Shown: positions 55,277-64,000 of the stretch, in pieces
How the letters are laid out: every line of letters starts with the position of its first letter
How positions within the stretch are numbered: the stretch's first letter is position 1
Assembly: GCA_029260235.1 (NCBI GenBank)
Contig: JAJDDP010000119.1
Span: 874 to 64,873, forward strand
Direction of reading: 5' to 3'
Source of the DNA: Phycisphaerae bacterium
Lineage (GTDB): Bacteria; Planctomycetota; Phycisphaerae; UBA1845
Length of the DNA: 64,000 nucleotides
Translations under genes and position numbers: made by a program
Notes under the pieces: generated by a model
The model's database searches: none
Told to the model about the DNA's origin: nothing
The model's input: the letters and a program-made list of their open reading frames with translations, nothing else

Positions 55277-58200
55277 TGTCAGTCATCCCCTTTACCAAAG
55301 ATCAACAACAAGCCATCGAGATTGCCGACCGCAGTGTAGTCGTGACCGCAGCAGCCGGTTCGGGGAAAACGGCTGTGCTGGCTGAGCGCTGCGCCCATCT
55401 GGTTTGCGACGCTGATCCGAAGCAGCGATGTTCGGTGGATGAACTCTTGGTAGTCACCTTCACCGAAGCCGCCGCAGCCGAGATGAAATCGCGAATCCTC
55501 GCTGCCATCCGGTCGCGCCAACAGGAGAACCCCATCGACCGCCACCTACAGACCCAGGCGGTGCTAATCGACACCGCTCAGATATCGACCTTGCATGCCT
55601 TCTGCTTGTGGTTGCTGCGGCGCTGGTTCAGCGAGGCATCCATCGACCCCACCGCGGTGATTCTCCAGGCAGAGGAAGCCCGGTTGCTGCGCGAAGAAAC
55701 CATCGACCGGCTGTTCGATGGGTTGTATGAAGACAATGGTGAGCTGGGCCAAGGGTTCGTCAAGCTGGTGGACGTGTACGGTTTGGGCCGCGATCAAGGG
55801 TTGGCTCAAATCGTTTTGAAATTGGCCGACTTCTTGCGCAGCTTGCCCGAGCCGGAGAAGTGGCTGGAAGATGCCCGCCAGGCGGTAGGGGATGGGATCG
55901 AAAACGTAATCGACCAAGCCAATGGCATTTTGCACAAGGAGTTGACTGCCCAGGCTATGTATGTGCGGTCATTGGCTGAGATCATCCAGCAGGATCTACC
56001 CGCCGGCGCCGACTATGGCATCGCCTTGGAAGAATACAACCAAGCGCTGGACTGCTGGGCGAACAGCAACAATTGGGATCAAACCCGGCAGGAAATCGTC
56101 AACTTCAAAGTCAGTGCAGGTCGAGGCGTCAGGGTTACAAAGAGCACGCCGCAAGAACAGGAAATTCAGATTCTCCAAGCCCGTGAACTCTTCAAGTCGG
56201 TCCAAAAGAAGCTGTTCGAGGATCGACTTCTCAAGACAGCCCGGCTCAACAGTGAAGAAATGGCCGATGGATTGCAGAAGACAGCCCCGTATGTCCTTAC
56301 CTTGTGCCAACTGGCTTCGGAGTTTTCTGATCGATACTCGGTCGCCAAGAAAAAAATCGACGCCCTCGATTTCTCTGATCTGGAGCGTGGTGCCTTCGAT
56401 CTGCTTCGTGATCCTCTGCAACCGTATGGCCTCTCTACGATTGCCCATGAGCTGCACGCCCGGTTCCGTTATGTGTTGGTGGATGAGTTTCAGGACATCA
56501 ATCCCCTGCAAGCAGCTATTTTAGAATGTGCCAGTCTTGATCGCATAAAGAGCCGTGCCGGGAATCTATTCTGCGTCGGCGACATCAAGCAAAGCATTTA
56601 CGGTTTTCGGTTGGCAGAACCGGAGATGTTTCAACGCCGTATTGATCGGGCGAACGGCAATGGGCTGAGTGCCAGCTTGATTCGCCTCCAGAAGAACTTC
56701 CGTAGCCAACCCGACCTCATCGAAGCCATCAACCTGATCTTCGCCCGCACCATGAGCCGTGAGCTTGGCGGCGTTGACTACGACGACAACGCAAAGCTTC
56801 ACGCGGGTCGTGAATCCGATAGCAAACTCACCGGCCCGCCGATTCAACTGCACCTGCTGGAACGCAAACTGGACGCCTCAACCTCGCCAAACGCTGACGA
56901 GCACGATGATGCCCAAGGGTTGGATCAATCGGCCGATCCTACCGAACCAGCAGAGTGGAAGGCCATCGCCCGCGAAGCCTATGTGATCGGCAACACCATT
57001 CGCCAGATGCGCGATGAATCTGGCAGTAGCGGTGACGATGGGCTTGCCTGGAGCGATATTGCCGTGCTGCTGCGCTCGACGGTCCATCGGGCAGGGACTA
57101 TGGCTGAGATGTTGAGGCGGATGGGCATTCCCGCCAGGGCAGCTGCGGGTGAAAACCTGTTTGAAGCCACCGAAATTCGCGACGTACTAGCCCTCTTGCA
57201 GGTGCTGGACAATCCACAACAAGATATCCCCATCGCATCGGTGCTGCGATCGGGCGTCGGCGGATTGGCACTGACTGAAGATGACTTGCTCGCCATCCGC
57301 AATGCCAACCGCGATCTACCATTTTGTCGAGCGGTGCTGCACTACCGCAGCTACGGATCAGACCCAGATTTGGTCGAGCGCCTCGATCAACTCTTAAGCC
57401 GCCTGGATCGTTGGCGTCGTAACGCTCGGCAGCGACCACTGGCTGATGTGCTTTGGGCGATCTATCAAGAATCGGGCTACCTAGCCTATGTGGGCGGGCT
57501 TGCCCACGGCGCGACCCGACGGGCGAATCTGCTGTCCCTTCATCAGCGTGCCCGACAGTTCAGCCAGTTTTTTCGCCAAGGGTTGCATCGCTTCTTAAGA
57601 TTCATCGAATCGCTGGAAGCGACTAACCAAAATCTGCAAAACGACCCACCGACTTGCTCAGCTGAGAATGCGGTCAGCATCATGAGCATTCACCGCAGCA
57701 AGGGCCTTGAATTTCGCGTGGTGTTCGTAGCCGACCTGGGCACCCGCTTTAACTTCACAGATTCCCAGGGGCGAATCATTTTTGACCGCAGGGCTGGGCT
57801 AGGCGCCAAGGTCGTCGATATCGAACGGATGATCGAATATCCATCCGTTCTGCACAATCTGATCAACCAGGCCGGTAAGTCGTCAGTCTACGATGAAGAA
57901 ATGCGCCTGCTCTACGTCGCCCTCACCCGGGCCAAGGAACGATTGGTGCTCATCGCCTCTACCGATCTTGAGAAGACTGAGGCTGATCGAGCTGTGTGGA
58001 ATCGGCTAGGCCGGCACGGATTATCCATATCCATGCCTCCAGCTGGCACGCCACTTGATTGGATAATTCGAGGACTTGCCTCAGCCGCAGACTCTAAGGT
58101 CGATTGGATGTTCTCAGGCAGCAAGGAAAGCACACTTGTTCAAGTTATGCGCCACGATGCAGCGTCAATGAGCGATTGGGACACCCAAGCCCTATTCGGC

Positions 58201-59004
58201 AAGGCCCAAGACCCAGCCTTGCAGGCGGTCGCAGCGCTCCAGCCGCTGCCCGACCACGAGCCTCACGCTGCTGATGCTTTCGATGCCGCCCAACTGCTGG
58301 ATCGGCTTGACCTTGCGTATCCACACCTGTCCGCATGTTCGGTTCGGGCGGCGTTGGGGGCCAGCGAAGCCAAGCGGGCCATCGATCCCTTCGCCGACGA
58401 GCATCAAACCAGCGGCGGGCTACACCAAGCCCCGAGTTTCGACGCCCCAGCCATTCTGACCACAGACCTGGCTTCGGTGACGCCGGCCCTACGCGGCACG
58501 CTGACCCATCGGGTTCTACAAGTGTGGGACTTCCAACAGCCGGCCCAAGAACACTTAGCCCAACTGCTCGACCAAGGTGTGCTAAGCACAGAAGAAGCGA
58601 CAGCCATCCGTGTCGATTCTCTTGATTGGCTGGCTTCGACCGAGCTAGCCAATCGCATCCAGCGCGCTGGCGATGCCTATCGACGCGAAGTCACCTTCAT
58701 TTCGCTCGAACCAGTCCCCCGCTTCGATCCCGCCTTGGAAGGCATTTGCGACGATGAGGTGCTGGTCCGCGGGATCGTGGATGGCCTCATCGTGGGCGAC
58801 GATGGGTTAGAAATCGTCGAGTTCAAAACCGATGCCATAGACGATGACCAGGTGACTGATCGCACCGAGAAATACCGAATGCAGGTTCAACTCTATGCCC
58901 GGGCGATGGAGCGTGCCTGGCGACGGCCTATCCGGCATTGTTGGCTGGTCTTTCTGGAACCCCGGCGTATCATCGAGGTTTCTCTGGAGCACGATCAGGC
59001 ATGA
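55273..59004 (+). CDS. addA: ATP-dependent helicase/nuclease subunit A
   Basis: AAAGSGKT, VTFTEAAA, VDEFQD, VGDIKQSIYGFR, NFRS, SIHRSKGLEF, YVALTRA, GIVD..EFKTD. Confidence 0.94.
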   Translation: MMSVIPFTKDQQQAIEIADRSVVVTAAAGSGKTAVLAERCAHLVCDADPKQRCSVDELLVVTFTEAAAAEMKSRILAAIRSRQQENPIDRHLQTQAVLIDTAQISTLHAFCLWLLRRWFSEASIDPTAVILQAEEARLLREETIDRLFDGLYEDNGELGQGFVKLVDVYGLGRDQGLAQIVLKLADFLRSLPEPEKWLEDARQAVGDGIENVIDQANGILHKELTAQAMYVRSLAEIIQQDLPAGADYGIALEEYNQALDCWANSNNWDQTRQEIVNFKVSAGRGVRVTKSTPQEQEIQILQARELFKSVQKKLFEDRLLKTARLNSEEMADGLQKTAPYVLTLCQLASEFSDRYSVAKKKIDALDFSDLERGAFDLLRDPLQPYGLSTIAHELHARFRYVLVDEFQDINPLQAAILECASLDRIKSRAGNLFCVGDIKQSIYGFRLAEPEMFQRRIDRANGNGLSASLIRLQKNFRSQPDLIEAINLIFARTMSRELGGVDYDDNAKLHAGRESDSKLTGPPIQLHLLERKLDASTSPNADEHDDAQGLDQSADPTEPAEWKAIAREAYVIGNTIRQMRDESGSSGDDGLAWSDIAVLLRSTVHRAGTMAEMLRRMGIPARAAAGENLFEATEIRDVLALLQVLDNPQQDIPIASVLRSGVGGLALTEDDLLAIRNANRDLPFCRAVLHYRSYGSDPDLVERLDQLLSRLDRWRRNARQRPLADVLWAIYQESGYLAYVGGLAHGATRRANLLSLHQRARQFSQFFRQGLHRFLRFIESLEATNQNLQNDPPTCSAENAVSIMSIHRSKGLEFRVVFVADLGTRFNFTDSQGRIIFDRRAGLGAKVVDIERMIEYPSVLHNLINQAGKSSVYDEEMRLLYVALTRAKERLVLIASTDLEKTEADRAVWNRLGRHGLSISMPPAGTPLDWIIRGLASAADSKVDWMFSGSKESTLVQVMRHDAASMSDWDTQALFGKAQDPALQAVAALQPLPDHEPHAADAFDAAQLLDRLDLAYPHLSACSVRAALGASEAKRAIDPFADEHQTSGGLHQAPSFDAPAILTTDLASVTPALRGTLTHRVLQVWDFQQPAQEHLAQLLDQGVLSTEEATAIRVDSLDWLASTELANRIQRAGDAYRREVTFISLEPVPRFDPALEGICDDEVLVRGIVDGLIVGDDGLEIVEFKTDAIDDDQVTDRTEKYRMQVQLYARAMERAWRRPIRHCWLVFLEPRRIIEVSLEHDQA

Positions 59005-62000
59005 GCGCAGCCATCCCCTTCGAACATCGCATCCGTGAACTAGGCCGAGAAATCTTCGAGCACGCCCGGGCCGCCCAACCTAAACCATGGCAGTCAGCCT
59101 TCTGGATGGAGGTAGCCAATAATTTCGCCACCAGCGACGACGATCTCAAAGTGCGCGCCTTTCGATGGGTAGACGCTCTTCCCTCCATGCACGACGAAGC
59201 CGATGTCGCCGCCCATCTCAAAGACTACTTGGACCCTGCCCAGGTCAAGCTGCCGGCGCCGGTGCGACTGGCCTTGTCATTCTCCAAGGCCGATTCGATC
59301 TGGGGCAAGGCGCTGGGCAAAGCCGCGCAGCAAGCGGCATCGATGATGGCCAACCGATTCATTACCGCTTCCAAGCCGGCAGAAGCGATCGCCGTCGTCG
59401 AGCGCATGCGCAAGAACAGGACAGCCTTCACCCTCGATGTCCTCGGCGAAGCTACGATCAGCGGCACCCAAGCGGATAAGTACGCCCAGACCTACATCGA
59501 CCTCATCGAAGCGGTGGGACGTCGTGCCCGTGGCTGGAACGAAATTCCGATTATCGATCGCTGCCGAGCCGGACCCATGCCGCGGGCCAACGTCTCGGTC
59601 AAACTAACCTCATTAGACACCCACTTTGACCCCATCGACCCTGATCGGGCCTATGATCGCGTCTCTGCCCGGCTTCGCCCTATCCTGCGGTCAGCCCAAA
59701 TGCACGGCGCCTTTGTCAATATCGATATGGAATCCTGGGCGGTCCATGACCTTACCCTCGACCTGTTTGAACGCCTGCTCATGGAGCCGGAGTTCGCCGA
59801 TTGGCCCGACGTGGGCATCGTAGTACAAGCCTACCTGACCTGCGCCGAGGATGATCTGCACCGATTGCTAGCCTGGGTGACGCGACGTGGCACTCCGATC
59901 GGCATTCGCTTGGTCAAAGGTGCTTACTGGGATCACGAGACAGTCTTGGCTGAGCAAAATGGATCAGCCGCCCCCGTATGGACTCAGAAGTGGCAATCCG
60001 ATGTCTGCTACGAGAAGGTGGCCCGGATCATGCTCGAGAATCATGACCGCATCCGCTCTGCCTTTGCTTCTCACAACGTTCGCACCATCGCCCACGTCTT
60101 AGCCTGTGCCGAGCATCTGGGCTTGGGGGCCGGTGACTATGAAATTCAGATGCTCCACGGGATGGGCGATCCGCTCAAAGAAGCCATCCTCAAGAAAGGA
60201 CGCTGTCTCCGCGTTTACTGTCCCTACGGCGACATGATTGCCGGGATGGCCTATCTGGTCCGGCGACTTCTTGAAAATTCCTCCAATGACTCGTTCCTGA
60301 AGCAGGGGTTTTCAGACCGGGCTGCCCACGAACGGCTCTTGGTCGATCCCAACGAATCCCGACTGCCCAGTGCAGCTCCTGCCAAGCGATCCTACCAAGA
60401 CACCGATTCGGAGTACGAACAACCCATGCACTCCTTTAGAAACCAAACCGCAACCTCCTTCGCCGATGCGACCAATCGAGACCAGATGACCAAGGCACTA
60501 GGCGAATCCCGCAGTCGCTTTGGCCAGCAGGTGCCCTTGGTTATCAACGGAGTTGGTGTCATCGGCGGTCCGACCTTCGATTCGGTCAATCCTGCCAACC
60601 CGACAGAAGTCGTAGCCCAGGCGGTTCAAGCGACACCAGCCCATGGAGATCAAGCTGTGGCGGCTGCCTTGGCTGCATTCGACGGTTGGAAGAATACATC
60701 GGCACCAGATCGGACCCGAATCTTGAATCGGGCAGCCGACCTGCTCTACAGAGACCACTTCGGCATATTGGCTGACATCGTTCTGGAGACCGCAAAGCCG
60801 TGGCGTGAAGCCGATGCCGATCTATGCGAAGGCATCGACTATATTCGCTACTACGCCCGGCGGGCGCAACTGATGGACGGCCAGCCGCGCCGCCGTGACT
60901 TGCCCGGCGAGGGCAATCTCTTACTCTACGAACCGCGTGGCGTCTGCGCGGTGATTTCGCCGTTCAACTTCCCGCTGGCTTTGCTGGCTGGCATGACCTC
61001 AGCCGCCCTGGCCGTGGGCAATACGGTGGTGATCAAACCATCTTCCGATGCCCCGTTGGTAGCTTCCAAACTGGTGTCTGTCTTCGAGCAGGCAGGTCTG
61101 CCGCCCGGGGTGATCAACTTCTTGCCCGGATCAGGCCGCCAAATTGGCACGCAACTGGTGCAACACCCTGACACCCATCTCATCGCCTTCACCGGCTCGA
61201 CGGCCATCGGCTTGAAGCTCATCGAAATCGCCTCAGTGGCTAGGCCTGGTCAGCGGCACGTCAAGCAGGTTGTGGCTGACATGGGCGGTAAGAATACCAC
61301 GCTGATCGATGGCGATGCCGAGCTGGATGAAGCCGTCACCGGCGTATTGGCTTCTGCTTTTGCTTATGCCGGACAACGCTGCAGTGCTTGCTCGCGGGTC
61401 GTCGTGGTCGCAGACGTGTATGAATCATTCTGCGCTAAACTGGTCGAAGCAGCCGGCGCCCTGGTGGTCGGCCCACCCGAAGAGCCGGGCACGCAGGTAG
61501 GCCCGGTGATTAACCAAGCTGCGCTGGATCGGATTCGAGCATACATCGAGCTGGGCGGCCAAGAAGGCGACATCCTGCACCAGACCAACACCGACAACCT
61601 TCGTTCGGCAGGTTACTACGTCGGCCCAACCATCATTGGCAACGTCGATTCGGAAGCCCGCGTCGTCAACGAAGAAATCTTCGGCCCCGTACTGACGGTC
61701 ATCAAGGCGACGGACTTTGCCGGAACGCTCAAGATCGCCAACGACAGCCCCTACGGCCTAACCGGCGGTGTCTATTCGAGAAGCCCTGCCCATCTCGAGC
61801 TGGCCCGGCGGGAGTTTCGCGTGGGCAATTTGTATCTCAACCGGAAGATCACCGGCTCGCGGGCGGACATTCAGCCCTACGGTGGTTTTGGCCTAAGCGG
61901 CACAGCCAACGGCAAGGCGGGAGGCCCTGACTACCTCCTCCAATTCTGCGTGGCGAGAACCATCACCGAAAACGCCCTACGCCACGGATTCGCCCCCACC

Positions 62001-62027
62001 GAACAAGAGGCAGAGACGCACGCCTAG
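59001..62027 (+). CDS. putA: Bifunctional proline dehydrogenase / P5C dehydrogenase
   Basis: DVLGE, IDME, RLVKGAYWD, ASHN, YLVRRLLEN; ALDH half SPFNFP, FTGS, GQRCSA, EEIFGP. Confidence 0.95.
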   Translation: MSAAIPFEHRIRELGREIFEHARAAQPKPWQSAFWMEVANNFATSDDDLKVRAFRWVDALPSMHDEADVAAHLKDYLDPAQVKLPAPVRLALSFSKADSIWGKALGKAAQQAASMMANRFITASKPAEAIAVVERMRKNRTAFTLDVLGEATISGTQADKYAQTYIDLIEAVGRRARGWNEIPIIDRCRAGPMPRANVSVKLTSLDTHFDPIDPDRAYDRVSARLRPILRSAQMHGAFVNIDMESWAVHDLTLDLFERLLMEPEFADWPDVGIVVQAYLTCAEDDLHRLLAWVTRRGTPIGIRLVKGAYWDHETVLAEQNGSAAPVWTQKWQSDVCYEKVARIMLENHDRIRSAFASHNVRTIAHVLACAEHLGLGAGDYEIQMLHGMGDPLKEAILKKGRCLRVYCPYGDMIAGMAYLVRRLLENSSNDSFLKQGFSDRAAHERLLVDPNESRLPSAAPAKRSYQDTDSEYEQPMHSFRNQTATSFADATNRDQMTKALGESRSRFGQQVPLVINGVGVIGGPTFDSVNPANPTEVVAQAVQATPAHGDQAVAAALAAFDGWKNTSAPDRTRILNRAADLLYRDHFGILADIVLETAKPWREADADLCEGIDYIRYYARRAQLMDGQPRRRDLPGEGNLLLYEPRGVCAVISPFNFPLALLAGMTSAALAVGNTVVIKPSSDAPLVASKLVSVFEQAGLPPGVINFLPGSGRQIGTQLVQHPDTHLIAFTGSTAIGLKLIEIASVARPGQRHVKQVVADMGGKNTTLIDGDAELDEAVTGVLASAFAYAGQRCSACSRVVVVADVYESFCAKLVEAAGALVVGPPEEPGTQVGPVINQAALDRIRAYIELGGQEGDILHQTNTDNLRSAGYYVGPTIIGNVDSEARVVNEEIFGPVLTVIKATDFAGTLKIANDSPYGLTGGVYSRSPAHLELARREFRVGNLYLNRKITGSRADIQPYGGFGLSGTANGKAGGPDYLLQFCVARTITENALRHGFAPTEQEAETHA

Positions 62028-62104
62028 CGCTCCGCCACACTTACTTATTTCTTCGGATATTGTGGCGGGCTTGCCACTGGCGCCATTTGTCGTCGTTGCG
62101 CTCC

Positions 62105-62121
62105 GTCATCCCCGCGCAGGC
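62105..62121. repeat. Half REP/dRS3-like element
   Basis: GTCATCCCC-GCGCAGGC with the right arm missing. Intergenic, after putA. Confidence 0.35.
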
Positions 62122-62236
62122 TTCTCTTGCCGAAATGGTGGCTTGCAAACATCAACCCGAAAGATTTGGCGTGACACAGCACCGGGCCACCGGCAACCTC
62201 TTGTTTCGATCCCGGTCCCGACTACGATGATCATCC

Positions 62237-62875
62237 ATGAGTGACGAATCAACTATCCGGGCGGAAATCTGCGAGATCGGCAAGCGGGTGTACGCCAAAG
62301 GTTTCTCATCAGCCAACGACGGAAACATCTCCTGCCGATTGAGCGATGGAAGGGTACTCTGCACCCCGACCCTGATCTGCAAAGGCTTTATGAAGCCCGA
62401 AGACTTGTGCATCGTCGATCTCGACGGTGTGCAGTCGGCAGGCCACCGCAAGCGCACCAGCGAAATCTTGCTCCACCTTGAGATTTACAAGAACGATACC
62501 AAAGCGATGGCTGTAGTACATTGCCACCCACCGCACGTCCTAGCCTTCGCCATGACCGGCGCCGAAATCCCCACCGGCCTACTACCCGAAGTCGAAATCT
62601 TCCTGGGCAACATCCCCCGAGTAGAATACGAAACCCCCGGCACCCAAAAATTCGCCGAAACCATCAAACCCTTCGTAGCCAAGGCCAACACAGCCGTCCT
62701 AGCCAACCACGGCTCAGTCAGCTGGGCAAACAGCCTGGAACGGGCCTACTGGTACACCGAAATCCTAGACGCCTACTGCAAATCCCTAATCCTAGCCAAA
62801 CAACTAGGCGAACCGCAGAAGCTACCGCCCGACAAAATTGCCGAACTTCAGCAACTGCGCCAAAGGTTCTGTTGA
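62237..62875 (+). CDS. Class II aldolase/adducin family protein (fuculose/rhamnulose-phosphate aldolase-like)
   Basis: ANDGNIS, TSEILLH, VVHCHPP, LANHG Zn ligands. TTGTTT-N16-TACGAT promoter-like motif at 62201-62228. Confidence 0.9.
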   Translation: MSDESTIRAEICEIGKRVYAKGFSSANDGNISCRLSDGRVLCTPTLICKGFMKPEDLCIVDLDGVQSAGHRKRTSEILLHLEIYKNDTKAMAVVHCHPPHVLAFAMTGAEIPTGLLPEVEIFLGNIPRVEYETPGTQKFAETIKPFVAKANTAVLANHGSVSWANSLERAYWYTEILDAYCKSLILAKQLGEPQKLPPDKIAELQQLRQRFC

Positions 62876-63056
62876 GTTCTATCATCGGCTGCTATCACGG
62901 TAGTATGTCATCACATCTTGAGCTACCAACTCAGCTTCAGCCGGCCAGCAAGTTCGATTCGAAGCGCCCAAGTCGGGTATGTTGGCGGCCTGCCTCGTTG
63001 AAATCTGCAAGGCCAATCGGTTACCATCAAAGCAAGGCCGGTTGTGAGTGTTTGCC

Positions 63057-63371
63057 ATGGACATCATCTGTCCAACTTGCCACGCGAAGAATTCGGCACG
63101 TTGGGTCATATCAGCCAGGAACGTCAAGGTGATTTTGGGCAATGTGTTTCTCTGGTTGGTCATCGGCGCTCCGTGCCTTCGGTTCACTTGGCGATGTCTG
63201 GAATGCACTGCGGTATTCAAACAGTCGGGCCGCATCCGTGAAAAAAAGTGTGCTGAGTGCGGCTACCTTCTCAAGGGTCTCACCCTACCTCGTTGCCCCG
63301 AGTGTGGCCGAGAATACAAGTACGAAATCTCCAAAGACGACGAACGACAAACCGCCCGTAGCCCAGATTAG
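63057..63371 (+). CDS. Small double zinc-ribbon membrane protein
   Basis: CPTC, TM helix, CLEC, then CAECGYLLKGLTLPRCPECG. Confidence 0.65.
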   Translation: MDIICPTCHAKNSARWVISARNVKVILGNVFLWLVIGAPCLRFTWRCLECTAVFKQSGRIREKKCAECGYLLKGLTLPRCPECGREYKYEISKDDERQTARSPD

Positions 63372-63556
63372 TCGCGTTGGCATGGTCAACGGCGATCCAG
63401 GCCCGATTGGACAATCGCAGCTCTGTGCGCGACGAAGGCGGCCCGCAGCAGTTGCAGATTTGAGTGCAGTCAAATGTTGAGAAAAGATGTATCGATACGC
63501 TCCGTCGATCCCCGAGGGCGTGATTACCAAGCCCTAACCGAAGCCGCGACCCATCG

Positions 63557-64000
63557 TCAGCCTCCCAGGTATCCAAGCGAGCGGAGTCGCCGGATCGTCT
63601 CCTCCTGTTGGGAGGGATCAAACACGCTCCCTAGTGGCTTGGCCGATTCCGCCCACGCCTCGAGCCTGGCTCGCATGTCGCTGGCCCGGCTGAGGATCTC
63701 TGGCGTCGGGGCTGGGAGTCCCAGGAGGTTGTTGCTCTCAAGGGGGTCGGCCGACTGATCGTATAGAGCCTCCGTCCCGGCGTATGGCGTCTGCATAAAC
63801 TTCCACCGCCCCTCACACAGGCATCGCGCTTTCCTTATGTTGAGCCAGCGCGGGTCAGTCTCAACCTTGTCCCACGGTTGAGTGGCCTCGGCGAATCGCG
63901 TGCGGGCTTCGACGTCACCCAAGAGATCGATGTTCTCACCATCGACTCCATCTGGGAAAGGGAGGCCGAGGTAGTTCAGCACCGTAGGCAACACATCGAT
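63557..64000 (-). CDS. Sulfatase-like hydrolase, C-terminal part (start outside window)
   Basis: IDVLPTVLNYLG..DG, RWKF, EALYDQSADPLESNNL, RLRSLGYL. Confidence 0.85.
   Translation of the reverse strand: MDVLPTVLNYLGLPFPDGVDGENIDLLGDVEARTRFAEATQPWDKVETDPRWLNIRKARCLCEGRWKFMQTPYAGTEALYDQSADPLESNNLLGLPAPTPEILSRASDMRARLEAWAESAKPLGSVFDPSQQEETIRRLRSLGYLGG

Noticed and set aside
51728-59004. Novel helicase-nuclease defence system or Cas4-like locus
   Set aside because: Domain order and motifs are those of ordinary AddAB repair enzymes.
1-64000. CRISPR array, rRNA, tRNA, transposase, integrase, prophage
   Set aside because: No regularly spaced repeats, cloverleaf or rRNA signatures, or DDE/tyrosine-recombinase/phage motifs were seen by eye. 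A covariance search was not possible.

Overview
Gene-dense, moderately GC-rich bacterial chromosome segment. Gene content (H-X9-DG/DUF1559-type pilin, dockerin-like DxDxDGDVDLxDF tail, TPR+FG-GAP+ASPIC protein, CxxCGY-L-GL-RCPECG zinc-ribbon proteins, sulfatase) points by inference to Planctomycetota, probably Phycisphaerae. Housekeeping genes: tdk, upp, ltaE, mfd, a SurA-like PPIase, guaA, addBA, putA. The standout is a ~16 kb minus-strand cluster (37878->22012). It runs sensor kinase, receiver, GAF/HD-GYP phosphodiesterase, PelD-like membrane GAF/degenerate-GGDEF protein with an intact RxxD site, STAS protein, MshEN-bearing PilB/GspE ATPase, PilC, PilMNOP, two major pilins and four minor pilins, one fused to an 18-Cys tail. 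Two matching sigma28-like promoters precede the kinase and the first major pilin. No secretin, retraction ATPase or prepilin peptidase is in the window. Also notable: an ECF sigma factor with an EF-hand/dockerin-tailed candidate anti-sigma, a ~600 nt structured leader before an H-X9-DG-type pilin, an orphan Phd antitoxin beside the guaA 3' end, and a strong C/A third-codon skew in an aldolase gene. No rRNA, tRNA, CRISPR array or transposase was recognised. All calls are from motif reading only; no searches were run.
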